Source: the human T2T-CHM13v2.0 reference genome, Homo sapiens. Taken from it: a DNA stretch of 64,000 nt. Below, in pieces: positions 34,238 to 48,639 of this stretch (its first letter is position 1; the number at the start of each line of letters is the position of its first letter). The stretch lies in NCBI RefSeq assembly GCF_009914755.1, contig NC_060931.1. One strand, written 5' to 3'. The position numbers and the translations under genes were made by a program. Under the pieces are notes generated by a model. That model had not been told where the DNA came from and did no database searches. It worked only from the letters and a program-made list of their open reading frames with translations.

Positions 34238-34873
34238 TGTTAATGGAAAAGCCAAACTCTGTAAAATATTTTAAAGAGGGAATTCTCAGCCAACACAAGT
34301 GACCACAACCCAGGGAAACACAATCGCAAAGAGTCCTGAAAAAGTGTGTCCACGGTAATTGGATTACAGTTTGGTTTTATACATTTCAAGGAAGCAGGAG
34401 TTATAGGCAAAGATACACATCAACTCATGGAAGATACACGTTGGTTCAGCCAAAGAGGCAGGATTCAGAGATTCCTTAGTTTGCAATTTATTAAAAAAGT
34501 AAGGTTCTGACTAAAACTTGGAGTCAGCAGAAAGCAATGTTTTACATTAAGATAAGGATGCCATGTAGCAAGACTGACAGCCTGCAGGTGACTTAACCCT
34601 GGCGCCACATGGCCTTAGGTCTTATTTTTAATTTGGTGTCTTATTGCCACAAAGAGTGTGTTCTGTCAGTGTTAAGATCTCTACTTTAACACTAATGCTG
34701 CTCAGGTGTTGTGCCTAAACTCCAAAAGGGACGGCAGGTAACAAGGTGTGTTCGACTTCCCTTCCCATCAAGGCTGAGAACTCAGTTTTCCAAGGTTTAT
34801 GTGGAGTCTCCTTTGGCCAACAGGGGGGTCCATGCAGTCAGTGGGGGACTTAGGATTTTATTTTTAGTGTACG
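34238..34873 (-). mobile_element. MER39-like solo LTR (MER4 group)
   Basis: TGTTAATGGAAAAGCCAAACTCTG...GGATTTTATTTTTAGTGTACG; perfect TSD TGAG. Confidence 0.7.
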
Positions 34874-35062
34874 TGAGCAATAGTATAACAATCAATTTGA
34901 CAATTTATATAAAGTGGACACAGTACTTGAGAGACACAAACTACCAAAGCTCATTCAGTCCAGAAATGGATAGCCTGAAAGCCCTTCCAGGAGAGAATTC
35001 TCCAGGGGTGTCTTGCGTTTCTGTATGTCTTGCAAGCAGAGCTTTGTTCTGGATGGTCTTCT

Positions 35063-36024
<962 letters not shown>

Positions 36025-36175
36025 TTCTCAAAGATGTTTGTATATGAACAGCTGTGGAAGACAGTGATGGTGTCTCACTCTGGAGCACAGAATAGTTTGA
36101 TTACCTGTCCAGAATGATAGTGTTTCCTTTAAGGCAAAGGTCAGATAGGTTTGCTAGCAGCCTGTATAATAAATC

Positions 36176-36323
36176 AAAAGAAACAAGGAGAGAGTGAGAG
36201 AGAGAAAAAAAAAGAAAAAGAAGAAGAAAGAAGAAGGAGGAGGAGGAGGAGCAGGGGAGGGGAAGGAGGAGGAGGGAGGGGAAGGAGGAGGAAAGAAAGA
36301 AAGAAGGAAAGGAAAAGAAGAGA
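36176..36323. repeat. Polypurine (GA/GGA/GAAA) tract
   Basis: About 150 bp, almost pyrimidine-free. Confidence 0.9.
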
Positions 36324-36591
36324 TTAATAAATAAAAGATTTTAGTTTGCTGAAGTAGGGGTTCCACGGCTGTGATGCAAATCTGGATGCCCTCAACATGA
36401 GGGTTCTGACACCTCCTGTGATTTTCAGCTTGGTCTTTCTCACTGCAGGGCCTTCTTAAGGGCATCTGAAGGGAGGTTTACCGAGGCTTTGTAAAGACAA
36501 GGCAGACACTCTTTCTTCTCCCTTCCCTTTTCTCCTCTTTTTTCTTTTGTCATTCTCTTTCCTCCTCCTTGTCTGACTGTCCTGTCTTAGT

Positions 36592-37533
36592 TCTTTTAGC
36601 AGCCTTATTGAAATATTTCCATACCACAAAATTCCTCCATCTAAAGGGTTTTACATTTTAAGTCTAGTAGTTTTTAGTATATTCACAGAGTTGTCCAACC
36701 ATCACCACAATCTAACTTTAGAACATTTTTATTACCTCCAAAGGGAACACTATATGCAGTAGTAGTCAGTCCTCATTCCCACCCCACAAACCCTTCCCGG
36801 ACAGCCACTACTTCACTCTCTGTCTCTACAGACTTGCCTATTCGGAAGATTTTGTGTAACTGGAATTATATAAAAGGTAGTCTTTTGCATCTGTCTTCTG
36901 CAACTTAGCATAGTATTGTCAATGTTTATGTTGTAGAATGCACCAGTCTTCATTATTTTTTATTGACAAGTAATACCATACTGTATGGATATTAAACATA
37001 TTATTCATCTATTCAGCAGTTCCTGGACATTTTCCTTGTTTATACTATTTTGGTATTATGAGTAATGGTGCTGTGAATATTTGCATACGAGCCTTTGTGT
37101 GTGCACATGCTTTTCATTTCCCTTGGGTACACACCTACGAGTAGAATTGCTGGGTCATATGGTAACTCCACAGGAACTGCCAGACTGTTGTCCAAAGTGG
37201 CTGCCCTATTTTATCAGCAGTTCAGGAAGGTTCCAATTATTCCATATTCTCACCAACATTTGTTATCTATCTTTTTTGATTACAGTCCTAGAGGGTGTGA
37301 AATGGTATCTCTTTGTGGTTTTGATTTGCATTTCCCTAATTGACTAATGATATTAAGCATCTTTTCACGTGCTTATTGGCCATTTATATATATCCTTTGA
37401 AAAATATCTATTCAAATCCTTGTCCATTTTTAGTTGAGTTACTTGTCTTTTTATTACTGAGTTGTAAAAATTCTTTATGTTGTCTGGATAAAAGTACCTA
37501 ACCATATGTATAATTTGCAAATATTTCCTCCCT
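36592..37533 (-). mobile_element. L1MB-type 3' fragment
   Basis: TATATTCACAGAGTTGTCCAACCATCACCACAATC; GTAGAATTGCTGGGTCATATGG. Confidence 0.85.
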
Positions 37534-37547
37534 TCCCAAATGGGAGA

Positions 37548-38611
37548 AAATGCAACAAAAACAAAAATAGACAAATGTGACATAATTAAACTAAAAATCT
37601 ACACAGCAAAATAAATAATCAACAAAGTAAACAGATAACCTATGGAATGGGAGAAAATATTTGCAAATTACACCTCTAACAAAGGACTATCTCCAGAATC
37701 TACAAGGAACTAAAACAACTCAACAAGAAAACAAGTAAACAACCCCATTAAAAACTGGGCAAAGGATGTAAATGCGCATTTCTCAAAAGGGGACATACAT
37801 GTGGCCAACAATCATGAAAAAATTCTCCACATCACTAACCATCAGAGAAATGCAAATTAAAACCACAATGAGATATCATCTCACACCAGTCAGAGTGGCT
37901 ACCATTAAAAAGTCAAAAAATAACAGTTGTTGGCATGGATGCAAAGGAAAGGGAATGCTTATACACTGTTGGTGGGAATGCAAATATACACTGTTGGTGG
38001 GAATGCAACTATAGCCTCTATGAAAAACAGTATGAAGATTTCTCAAATAGCTAAAAATAGAACTGCTGTTTGACCCAGGAATCTCACAACTGGGTATCTA
38101 CCAAAGGAAAAGAAATCATTACACAAAAAAGATACCTGCACTTCTCTGTTTATCACAGTACCATTCACAATAGCAAAGTCATGGAATCAACCTAAGTATC
38201 CATCAATTGTGGACTGGATAAAGAAAATGTGGTACATATATACCATAGAATACTATGTAGCCATGAGAAAGAATAAAGTCATGTCCTTTGCAGCAACATG
38301 GATGCAGTTGTAGGCCATCATCCTAAGTGAAATAACTCCAAAACAGAAAATCAAATGCCACATGTTCTCACTTATAAGTGGGAGGTAAACAATAAGTACA
38401 CATGGACATAAAGATGGAAATAATAGACACTGGGGGAAAATAATAGGCAAAAAGTGGGGAAGGTAGAGAGATGAGGGTTGAAAAATTATCTATTGGGTAT
38501 AATGTTCACCACTGGGGTGATGGGTACACTGGAAGCTCAAAGTCCCAGCATTACAAAATATACCCATGTAACAAACCTGCACATGTACAAATCTTGAATC
38601 TAAAATAAAAA
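37548..38611 (+). mobile_element. L1MA/L1PB-type 3' fragment
   Basis: ORF2 C-terminus ([15 protein letters not shown]) and 3'UTR ending TGAATCTAAAATAAAA. Confidence 0.9.
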
Positions 38612-38689
38612 TGTTTTTAAATGTCTGAGTGAGAAAGGATTATAAAGGTCCCATAACCCCAGATTCCCCTGATCCCTGACCTGCATTTA

Positions 38690-39330
38690 CCACATCCCAA
38701 CCAAGTGGTCATCTGGCCAGTGCTAGAATGTCTGCAATGACAGAGATACTCTCCACCTGCCAAAACAGACAATTTCATTTTGGGGTCAGTTTGATTTTGG
38801 GGCAGGTCTTCCTTGAAGCTCTTGACAAATCATTTCAGTGTCAACCTCTTAGGATCATACAAAAAAGTCTTCCACATGATAGCTAGCCCTCTATAAACTT
38901 GATGACATGTTTTTTATCCCTCAAACCTTTCCTCCTGAAGGTGAAATGTTCCCTAGTCCCTCAGTAAATTCTCACTTTGGCGTGTTTTTAGTTTCATCAC
39001 CTGACTCATACTTTTGTGTTCCAGATTATTTTTAGCTTTCTAAACATGTGGCTCCCAAAAATGAATGCACTATTCCAGGTGTGGCTAGCCAGCACAAAGT
39101 AAAGTGGAGCTATCGCTCTCTGCCTGCTGACTTCTATTCTTGGATTAATGCAGTCTGAGCTCATTTTTTTTTGGCAGGTACCTCACAAACCAATGACTCA
39201 CATTGAGACAACTTTTTAATAAATGCACTAAAAATCTGTACGTTTATTTAGGAAAAGATGCCACAAAGTGACATATTCCTCATTCTGCATTTGAGCAAGT
39301 GGGTCTATGGATCAAGATCAGGACTTTTTC
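38690..39330 (-). mobile_element. L3/CR1 fragment (approximate)
   Basis: AAGTGGTCATCTGGCC...; AATGAATGCACTATTCCAGGTGTGG resemble CR1 antisense. Confidence 0.45.
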
Positions 39331-40456
39331 TGCTAACTCCTACCTGTTACTATCTTCACGAACCCTGGTTTTGTCCCATAGCTCAATATAATCTACAAGT
39401 GTAACAACCATGTAGATTCTGTCAGTCATATCTCAGAATTAGGGCATGAGGTGTGATGCTTCATTAGAGCACCCTGGAGCAGGCAGGGTCAAAGACGAAG
39501 CCAGGACCTGAAATGACTTTTACCAAGAGGGGAGGTGAGGCCCAGAGGACGCAGAGCCAGGAGGAGCAAGTGAGATGCATAACCCAAAGAGCACAACCAA
39601 TTTATCCATGGATTTGGCCACAGATGGCCCTGGTATTTCTCAAGGAAGACGGTGGAATCCTGTTCTAGGGGGCTGTGAGGGAAGGAACTGAGAATCTGGT
39701 GGACAAGAAGCCACAGCTCAGGAGAGCTCTCTTAGGGGTTACAGTTGTTTGAAATGTGGAAAGAAAGGGCTTAGTCTCTGGAAGAGGAGCTAGCGAGAAC
39801 AAGATGGGAGGCACAGTGGAAACCAGTCCTAGCAAACTGGAACCAGGGAGAGCTCCCTCTGGGCAAGGCCTTGGGATTACAGGCTCAGCACTTTCTGATT
39901 GGAGTCCAGGAGCAAGCAGTTGCTGATGAGCTTGCCTGGAGGGGATTGGTCCAGAGGCTGGGAGGACAGGGCAGCGTGGAATCCAGCAGGAGGTAGCTGC
40001 AAGGAGTGGAGAAGGCAGAAGCTGGGAAATGAGACTGGGCCTGAGATATACTATCGTTGAAGTCTCCAGTGAAAGTGTGGAAGAGGCCTTCACACACACT
40101 ATTGAAAGGCCACCACACACCCATCCTCTTCTGTTTGAATTTCCCTTCTATGTACTTTTCTTCATTTTTTCTTTAAACTCTTATTTTCTTGAGAGCAATT
40201 TCCCTGTACTGTTTTCCCTGATGTTCCCTGGGCCTTAGACTACCTTTTGAGAAAGACATGCACTTAGACTTTATTGCTCAACACTCATGCCCATTGCATC
40301 ATTGTCTAACCTGCATTTCCCTCTCATCCAAAGGGGCAATGTGGACAAAACGAAGTAAAAAGATCAAATGCCTTGCAGAATTTCAGTGTCAGTGTTGCTC
40401 ATTCTACCAATCTTTTGATCTTAAAACTGGGTTCAAAAGGAAATAAGCTACTTTGG

Positions 40457-40769
40457 AGCCAGGTACAGTGGCTCACTCCTGTAATTCCAGCACTGTGGAA
40501 GATTGAGGCAGGCAGAGACTTGAGCCCAGGAGTTCGAGACCAGTGTGGGCAACATGGCAAAACCCCGTCTCTATAAAAAATACAAAAATTAGCTGACTGT
40601 GGAGGTGCATACAGGCAGTCCCAGGTAGTTGGGAGGCTGAGGCAGGAGAATCACTTGAGCATGGGAGACTGAGGCTTCAGTGATTCATGATTGCACCACT
40701 GCACTCCAGCCTGGGTGACAGAGCAAGACCCTGTGTCCGAAAACAAAAAAACAAAGAAAGAAACAAAAA
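40457..40769 (+). mobile_element. AluJ
   Basis: TTGAGCCCAGGAG, AGACCCTGT; TSD AAGCT(AC/GG)TTTG. Confidence 0.9.
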
Positions 40770-41563
40770 GCTGGTTTGCATAGTTTTTCATCAAATCCAA
40801 TGCCAAATTCTAGCCACTTCTTGCTTTTCTAAGCACAGACAGGCAATTCATTGCTAAACTATTTTACAAATCTCCCAACTATATTATATAAAATCTATCT
40901 CCTCTCTTATCAAGGGAAACACTTGCTCATCTTTGAGCAACTCACATACTCCAAATACCTCTGGTGTTGAAAGCCGTCTGGTCATTAGTATGTTCAGCTG
41001 CTCAGTGTCTGAAATTCCTTTGGGTCAGACCTCTAGAGCAACCAGATAATCTCTCAGTGGCGGTCACAGGCTAGCAAGCCTTGGCCGTATCCAGACCATG
41101 CCTATCATGGTCTGGCAACCCTGCCAAAGTAACAAAGCAACTTTTACTTTTATATCTTTCCAAAGTAACAAGACAACTTTGAATTTATTGCCAACATTGA
41201 ACATTGAGGACCTCATATAAAATCAGGATTCCCAGCTGCTCTTGAAAATTTGGAAGTTGTGACCCTGCTGGGCCCACATTCCCTAGAGTGTTGGGTCTCC
41301 TGGGCTCAGCAGCTGCTGCCCCTGAGGGAGGCATGCATCTCTCCTGTGTAAGTTTCCACCTGGCTCTCTGGCTTGGTCATATTGGCTTCCTGGCCTCTTT
41401 TTGCATGTAGTTTGTGATCCCTGATTGTAGGTTTCATCATTTATCCTGGGCTGTTTCCTCCTGGGAGTTATAACCTTCCTAATCTGAAGCTGAAACTCCC
41501 CCAAATGCAAGCTAAACGTGAGTTGACAGTAATGGCTAATGCCTAAATAGCACCTACTGTGTA

Positions 41564-41922
41564 CCAGGCCTGAAACACTAACTCATTTCATCTTCACAAC
41601 AAGCCTATGCTGTGGGTGCTGGTTACTGCAACAGGCCTGAACCACCAGCTCATTTCCTCCTCACAAGCCCATGCGGTGGGCACTCGTTACCACACTAGGC
41701 CTCAACAACCAGCTCATTTCGTTACCACACCAGGCCTGAGCCACCAGCTCATTTCCTCCTCACAAGCCCATGCGGTGGGCGCTCGTTACCACACTAGGCC
41801 TCAATAACCAGCTCATTTCATTACTACACTAGGCCTCAACCACCAGCTCATTTCATTACCACACCAGGCCTGAGCCGCCAGCTCATTTCATCCTCACAAG
41901 CACATGCAGTGGGCGCTCATTA
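41564..41922. repeat. Minisatellite (~63- and ~35-bp units) expanded inside a MIR
   Basis: Recurrent AGGCCT..ACCAGCTCATTTC; MIR flanks CACCTACTGTGTACCAGGC and CCCGTTTTACAGGTGAGGA. Confidence 0.85.
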
Positions 41923-42564
41923 GCCCCGTTTTACAGGTGAGGACACATGCTCAGAGACTTTAGCCCACTTGTCTGGAGCTGACTGCCTCCACACCTTCTG
42001 TGTGATTCACACTGACACAACTGGACATTTCCTACCACGAACATGATATTCACTCTGGTTTTCTGCCTTGACCTCTACATTTTTGGCCCCTGCACATTTG
42101 GGCCTCAACCTTCCAGACACGGTTCCTCCAGCTCGGTTAGAGTCCCGTGCTCCTCCTCCCATGCCTTTGGTGCCCACACTAAGTCGGGGCTCAGAAGTCA
42201 CTCCATCTGTGACTTGGCTGCTCTGCTTTGTGAGCTCAAGAAACCAGGAAGCCTGTTAAACACGCCATCAGGAATGCTGAAGAATTAAGATTGTCCAATA
42301 AAAGTCAGTGTCAAAGGAATGGAAAATGAAGTGTGGATGGGAACCGTTATTTCTCAGGAGTCAGGGAGTATCTAAATTTGCTGTCTGAAGTCAGAGCCAT
42401 AGAAAATCCCCAGCTGCACTCTGGTAGTAGTGGTTTTAGCACCTTTACTTGTCATTACAAATAAATTTGAAACTGAAGGAAAGTGAAGAAACACCTCTCA
42501 GAAGAGCATGATGCCTTCGACCTGGTTTGCTAGGACAGGAACTGGACACAGATTCTGAAAATCT

Positions 42565-43755
42565 CATTCATTCAAGCTGAATAAAATGTAGACGCAAGGA
42601 CATTTACATAGTCAGCCATTCCTCAAGGATTTACTGAGTGCCTACTGTGTACCAGAAGTGGTATTCGTTAGGTACCACATGTTTCATTCATTTGCTCATA
42701 GTCCTTTGAGGCCCTTCTAGGTGGAAGCCCCACAATAGGCTCTGGGGATACAGCCCCTGCCACTGCAGAGCTGATGTTTTCACATAAGATTCAGACTTCC
42801 AACAACCAATTACACTACTGGTTAATCACAATTATAGTGCTGCAACTAGGCGTTCCCAGTCAGTCTGGGAAATGCAGAAAGGCCTCCCTGGTGAGAAGGT
42901 CTCTGCACTAAAATCTGCAGGAGCTGCAGGAGCAGAGTGAAGGGAGGTAAGGGAAAGTGAGAGCCTGCCAGGCAAAAGGAAGAGGAAGCGCCAAGGACCT
43001 ACGGAGGGTGGGAGCCAGGGAACCGAAGGAGGCAGTTACCAGCACTCCTGAAGCACAGGCAGCTAGAGAAGAGAGCCACAGGCTGGACAGTGACCTTGGC
43101 AGGGGACACACCATGCAAGGCTAGTGAGCCACGTTCAGAATTTTGAGATTTATCTTGAAAGCCCTGGGAAATCATTAGCATTTTAAGCAGAATGGTAATA
43201 TGGTCAAATTAGCATTTATAAAGGCCCTGTGAAGGAAGGTCAGAGGTGCAGCAAGAATGGACGCAGTGAGTTGGTTACTGGGTGAATTCGCCAGGCAGGC
43301 AAGAAGGGGTGTTGCAGAGCCAGGTTTCTCCACAGCCACATCAGTGACATTTGGCATCTCACTGATCTTTGCTGTGAGGGCTGTATTGTGCACGGCAGCA
43401 TGCTTTGCATCCCTGGCTCTGCCTGCTGGATGCCAATAGCTCCCTCCCCGAGTCATGACACACAAAAATATGTCCACTGGACATTGCCAAATGTCCCTCG
43501 TTGGGGGAAATCACCTATAGTTGAGAAGCACCAATTTAAAGTGGGGACAAGGGATGTGAAGAGATATGGACAGATTCACAATGTGTCTTGGAGCTGGAAT
43601 CAAAAGATATTAGTGACATATTTGAAAAGGGATGGAGGGCATGAGGTCAGGGCTGACTGTAGCTTGAGGTGCTGGGTGGATAACACGGCGACCATTGCTA
43701 GAAAATACGAAGGAAGGCAGGATTTGAAGGAAAAGATAATGAGGTCCATCCTAAG
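42565..43755 (-). mobile_element. L2 LINE (approximate), interrupted by MER20
   Basis: CATTCATTCAA, TTTACTGAGTGCCTACTGTGTACCAG, TTTTAAGCAG motifs. Confidence 0.6.
43318..43532. mobile_element. MER20 hAT-Charlie MITE
   Basis: GACATTTGG...GCATCCCTGG...GACATTGCCAAATGTCCC...GTTGAGAAGCAC. Confidence 0.8.
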
Positions 43756-43774
43756 TATTTCATTGGAAAGTTGA

Positions 43775-44822
43775 CCTCTCCCTCTCCCTCTCCCTCTCCC
43801 TCTCCCCACGGTCTCCCTCTCCCTCTCTTTCCACGGTCTCTCTCTGATGCCGAGCCGAAGCTGGACTGTACTGCTGCCATCTCGGCTCACTGCAATCTCC
43901 CTGCCTGATTCTCCTGCCTCAGCCTGCCGAGTGCCTGCAATTGCAGGCGCGCGCCGCCACGCCTGACTGGTTTTCGTATTTTTTTGGTGGGGTTTTGCTG
44001 TGTTGGCCAGGCTGGTCTCCAGCTCCTAACCGCGAGTGATCCGCCAGCCTCGGCCTCCCGAGGTGCCGGGATTGCAGACGGAGTCTGGTTCACTCAGTGC
44101 TCAATGGTGCCCAGGCTGGAGTGCGGTGGCGTGATCTCGGCTTGCTACAACCTCCACCTCCCAGCCGCCTGCCTTGGCCTCCCAAAGTGCCAGGAGTGCA
44201 GCCTCTGCCCGGCCGCCACCCCGTCTGGGAAGTGAGGAGCGTCTCTGCCTGGCCACCCGTCGTCTGGGACGTGAGGAGCCCCTCTGCCTGGCTGCCCAGT
44301 CTGGAAAGTGAGGAGCGTCTCTGCCCGGCCGCCATCCCATCTAGGAAGTGAGGAGCGCCTCTTCCCGGCCGCCATCCCATCTAGGAAGTGAGGAGCGTCT
44401 CTGCCCGGCCGCCCATCGTCTGAGATGTGGGGAGCACCTCTGCCCCGCCGCCCCATCTGGGAGGTGAGGAGCGTCTCTGCCCGGCCGCCCCGTCTGAGAA
44501 GTGAGGAGACCCTCTGCCGGCAACTGCCCCGTCTGAGAAGTGAGGAGCCCCTCCGCCCGGCAGCCGCCCCGTCTGAGAAGTGAGGAGCCCCTCCACCCGG
44601 CAGCCACCCCGTCTGGGAAGTGAGGAGCGTCTCCGCCCAGCAGCCACCCCGTCCGGGAGAGAGGTGGGGGTCAGCCCCGGCCAGGCCAGCCGCCCTGTCC
44701 AGGAGGGAGGTGGGGGGGGTCAGCCCCCCGCCCGGCCAGCCGCCCCGTCGGGGAGGGAGGTGGGGGGGTCAGCCCCCCGCCCGGCCAGCCGCCCCGTCCG
44801 GGAGGGAGGTGGGGGGGTCAGC
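43775..44822 (+). mobile_element. SVA (D-like), 3'-truncated within the VNTR
   Basis: (CCCTCT)n hexamer, antisense Alu-like domain, VNTR; no SINE-R and no poly(A). Confidence 0.97.
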
Positions 44823-46106
44823 AAGGTAAGGAAGGCCCTAGAGTCTAGGAAGAGACTGGCCAGTGCATTAACCATTGTAGTGTAATGGATTTGATGTTAC
44901 TTTATGCTCACAAGTTGGACACACACACAGGGACCCAGATCAAATTGGAGGGGAAGGTCAAAGTCAGTTTCCCAAAGGAACTGAAGCTTAGACTGATTTT
45001 TAAAGGCTGAGTTAAAATAAACTGGGTAAAAATAAAGAAGGAAAGAGAAAAGCAAATGTAAAATATCTGTGCAGCATGAAGTAGCAAAATATATTCAGAG
45101 AATGTAAGAAGCTGAAATGAGGGCCTCAACTAAGCGTGGGAATGCAGATGGTGACATAGCAATGCTGAGGTAGGCTCCCCAGGACCGAGGCCGGCTTGTT
45201 GCGGGGAGAGGGGAGGGGCACTCTAGGATGATCTCTGGCGTAAGCAGCAGGTAACGCGGTGCCAGGACATGGCTGAGTTTTACATAAACATTTGTTCAAG
45301 CAAATATGGGATCATTCACTGAAACGGAGAATTCAAAGTGAGGTCTAGATTTGGTGGCAAGATACAACTGATTCGAGGTTAGGAAAGGAGAGTTGGAGGA
45401 ACAGGAGGAAGCGGCCTCTCATCTGCAAACCCTGAGTTCCTGGAACACTTGTTTGTTAGGGAGGGAAGTGTGGCCCAGCCACAATCCTTTGAACATCTTC
45501 CTCTTCCATCCTCTGGGTTCTGCATTTCGTGCTGATCTTTAATACATTTCAGATTTTCCAGATACGTCCACACCTCACCCTGGTACACTACTGACTGGAA
45601 TGTCACTTCCTTCAGGCAGGGGCTTGACATCTCCTTGTGAAACTAGCTAGCCAAGCTCCAGAAATGGGATGGAGGGTCTGGCCCACCCCTTTGTAGCACA
45701 GTCCTGGAGATGACAGCAGCCTTCCTGGGTGCGGGGCAAGCAATCTCATCTGCCTGTCTGCAGTGGAGCAGTTTGAGCAGCTCCCCAGCCTGGTGCCACA
45801 CAACAGCATCATGCCCACGAGGTCTTATTCCAGGTGAGCCTCACATACCATGTTGTCAAAGGTGCCTGCTGGGCCTTCCAGGGGTGCTGCAATTTCTCTC
45901 TGTGCCCATTTAGTGCAGGTGTCAGAGCATCTGCAGCTGGATCTAGGTGCCAGTGCTATTCTGAGGCTCCCGGGAACCTCTTAATGTTGTAGACACTGCT
46001 CACTGTGTTTCCAGGGACCAAATAAATTGGTAAAATGGCACAAGCTGGCCATGTGTGAAATGGAGAGGGAACGGGTCAATTGGAAAACTTATAAAACTTC
46101 TAAGAA

Positions 46107-46397
46107 GGCCAGGCACGGTGGCTCATGCCTGTAATCCCAGCACTATGGGAGGCCGAGGCAGGCAGATCACAAAGTCATGAGTTCAAGACTAGCTTGACCA
46201 ACATGGTGAAACCCCATCTCTTCCAAAAATACAAAAATTAGCCGGGTATGGTGGTGCGCTCCTGTAATCCCAGCTATTCAGGAGGCTAAGGCAGGAGAAG
46301 TGCTTGAACCCAGGAGGCAGAGGTTGCTGTGAGCCAAGATCGCGCCATTGCACTCCAGCCTAGATGACAGAGCATGATACCATCTCAAAAAAAAAAA
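46107..46397 (+). mobile_element. AluS (Sg-like)
   Basis: GATCACAAAGTC (2-bp deletion form) with GAGTTC. Confidence 0.95.
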
Positions 46398-46413
46398 AAA
46401 ACTTCTAAGAAGA

Positions 46414-46722
46414 GGCCCAGCATGGTGGCTCATGCCTGTAATCCCAGCACTTTGGGAGACCAAGGAGTGCAGATCATTTGAGGTCAGGAGTTCAAGACCA
46501 GCATGGCCAACATGGTGAAACCCCGTTTCTACTGAAAACACAAAAATTAGCCCGTCATGGTGGTGCACACTTGTAATCCCAGCTACTGGGGAGGCTGAAG
46601 CAGGAGAATCACTTGAGCAGGGAGGCAGAGATTGCAGTGAGCAGAGATGCACTGCACTCCAGCCTGGGCCATGGAGTAAGACTCTGTCTCAATTAAAAAA
46701 AAATAATTAATAAAAAAATATA
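46414..46722 (+). mobile_element. AluS (Sx/Sz-like)
   Basis: GATCATTTGAGGTCAGGAGTTC. Confidence 0.95.
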
Positions 46723-46738
46723 AAAACTTCTAAGAAGA

Positions 46739-47028
<290 letters not shown>

Positions 47029-47195
47029 AAAATTTCTAAGAAGAAAATGCAACTTCCTCTCTGCCATTACTTAGCAAAAGTGTATCCCATTCCTTTCATC
47101 AGCCTGAAAGACCGCACAGCTCACAGGCTGCCTGTCTTGTCTCTTGGTCACAATTTAATTGGAAAGTTGAAAAAGCTGAAAAATTACATAAGAAG

Positions 47196-47387
47196 TAGGG
47201 TGTCAGATAAAATACAGTCCATCCAGTTATGTTTAAATACCAGATAAGCAGCAAATAAGTTTTTAATATAAATATGTTCCAAATATTGCATGAAACCTAC
47301 TTACACAAAAAACTTACCCATTGTTTATCAGAAATTCAACTGGGTGTCCAGTATTTTTATTTACTAAATCTTGTATAGAACAACCCT
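47196..47387. mobile_element. MER53 palindromic hAT MITE
   Basis: TAGGGTGTCAGATAAAATAC...centre TCCAAATATTGCATG...GTATTTTTATTTACTAAATC...CAACCCT. Confidence 0.8.
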
Positions 47388-48039
47388 CGTATAGAACAGC
47401 CTGAAGGTTGACCTTCAGCTTCCTAAAAGGGATATTTTAAATGTGTTTATTCATGTATTTAACAGGTCCTTCCTTGTTCCATGAGGCATTTGAAGTAGTT
47501 GAATAAAGTTGCGCTCAATTTTGGCTCATGTATTGACTCAGTTGCCAGTTTGGGCTCATTTATTCTGTATCACTGAAGGTGGTCCTCAGACAGTGATGAA
47601 GGGCCCTCCTCAGCCAGAAGCAGAGCCCTGGCAGGAAAGCGCAAGACAGCTCCTATTGTCAGGCCCTGGGCACCACGCCACCTCCTCCTGAGCGTCCTCC
47701 CCCGGCTCACCCCACAGGGTGTCCTCAGGGCATCACCTTTCCTATCACAGCTGGAGGGGAATTTACAGCAAACAGGATGAGGGCAGGGAGGTTTGTCTCA
47801 CCTTGTAGCTTACCCGCTTGCCCCGTTCTTGAATCCTAAGGAAAAAGCCAAACCCCTTACTTATACACACGCCTCCAGCTCATTCGGATCCCTGATGGCT
47901 GTCCAGCTGCTCACAAAGAGCTGTCCTTTGGGAGCCCTGCTGTCCTGCCACATGCATCAAATATAGTGTGGAGACTATGTCCTGAGCCAATGCCAGTTCA
48001 ACCTGAAGTGGCCCCTGGGACCAAATAAAAAAGGCATCC

Positions 48040-48345
48040 TTTTTATTTATTTTATTTTATTTATTTTGAGATGTAGTCTCACTCTGTTGCCAGGTTGGAG
48101 TGCAGTGACGCAATCTCAGCACATGGCAATCTCCGACTCCTGGATTCAAGCAATTCTCCTACCCCAGCCTCCTGAGTAGCTGGGATTACAGGTGCCCGCC
48201 ACCACACCCAGCTAATTTTTGTATTTTTAGTAGAGATGGAGTTTCACCATGTTGTCCAGGATGGTCTCGATCTCCTGACCTCGTGATCCGCCCACCTCAG
48301 CCTCCCAAAGTGCTGGGATTACAGGCATGAGCCACTGCGCCCAGT
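48040..48345 (-). mobile_element. AluSc
   Basis: TGTTGCCAGG deletion form, GGATGGTCTCGATC; TSD GGCATC(C/T)TTTT. Confidence 0.9.
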
Positions 48346-48639
48346 GAGGGCATCTTTTTTAAAGTGACATCATCACAACAGTAGGGTCAGCGATCACAAA
48401 GGCGCTGGAGAAACCAGAAAGCAGTTGAGGGAGCGCGGTGCTTTTTGAAATGTGCTCAGGTGCTGAGCTGAGCCAACCACCAGATGACCCTTGCCTCAGC
48501 CTTTCAGGCCTCAGAAACTGGCTGGACCCCAGGTAAGAAGTGCCACTGCAACTAAAAGGGAATTTTTTAATATGTTTTTTATATATATGTATATTATATA
48601 TATACTTGTGCACATTAGTTTTTTATATTGCCACATTTG

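Noticed and set aside
36592-38611. Twin-priming inverted L1
   Set aside because: Both pieces have their own, different 3'UTRs and overlap in L1 coordinates
41091-41115. Perfect 10-bp hairpin CCAGACCATG-N5-CATGGTCTGG as terminator or ncRNA
   Set aside because: No other support; overlaps a hAT-like terminal motif (TCTGGCAACCCT) and is of a size that can occur by chance
43887-44885. Dense ORF cluster and CpG-island-like region
   Set aside because: Entirely SVA Alu-like/VNTR sequence
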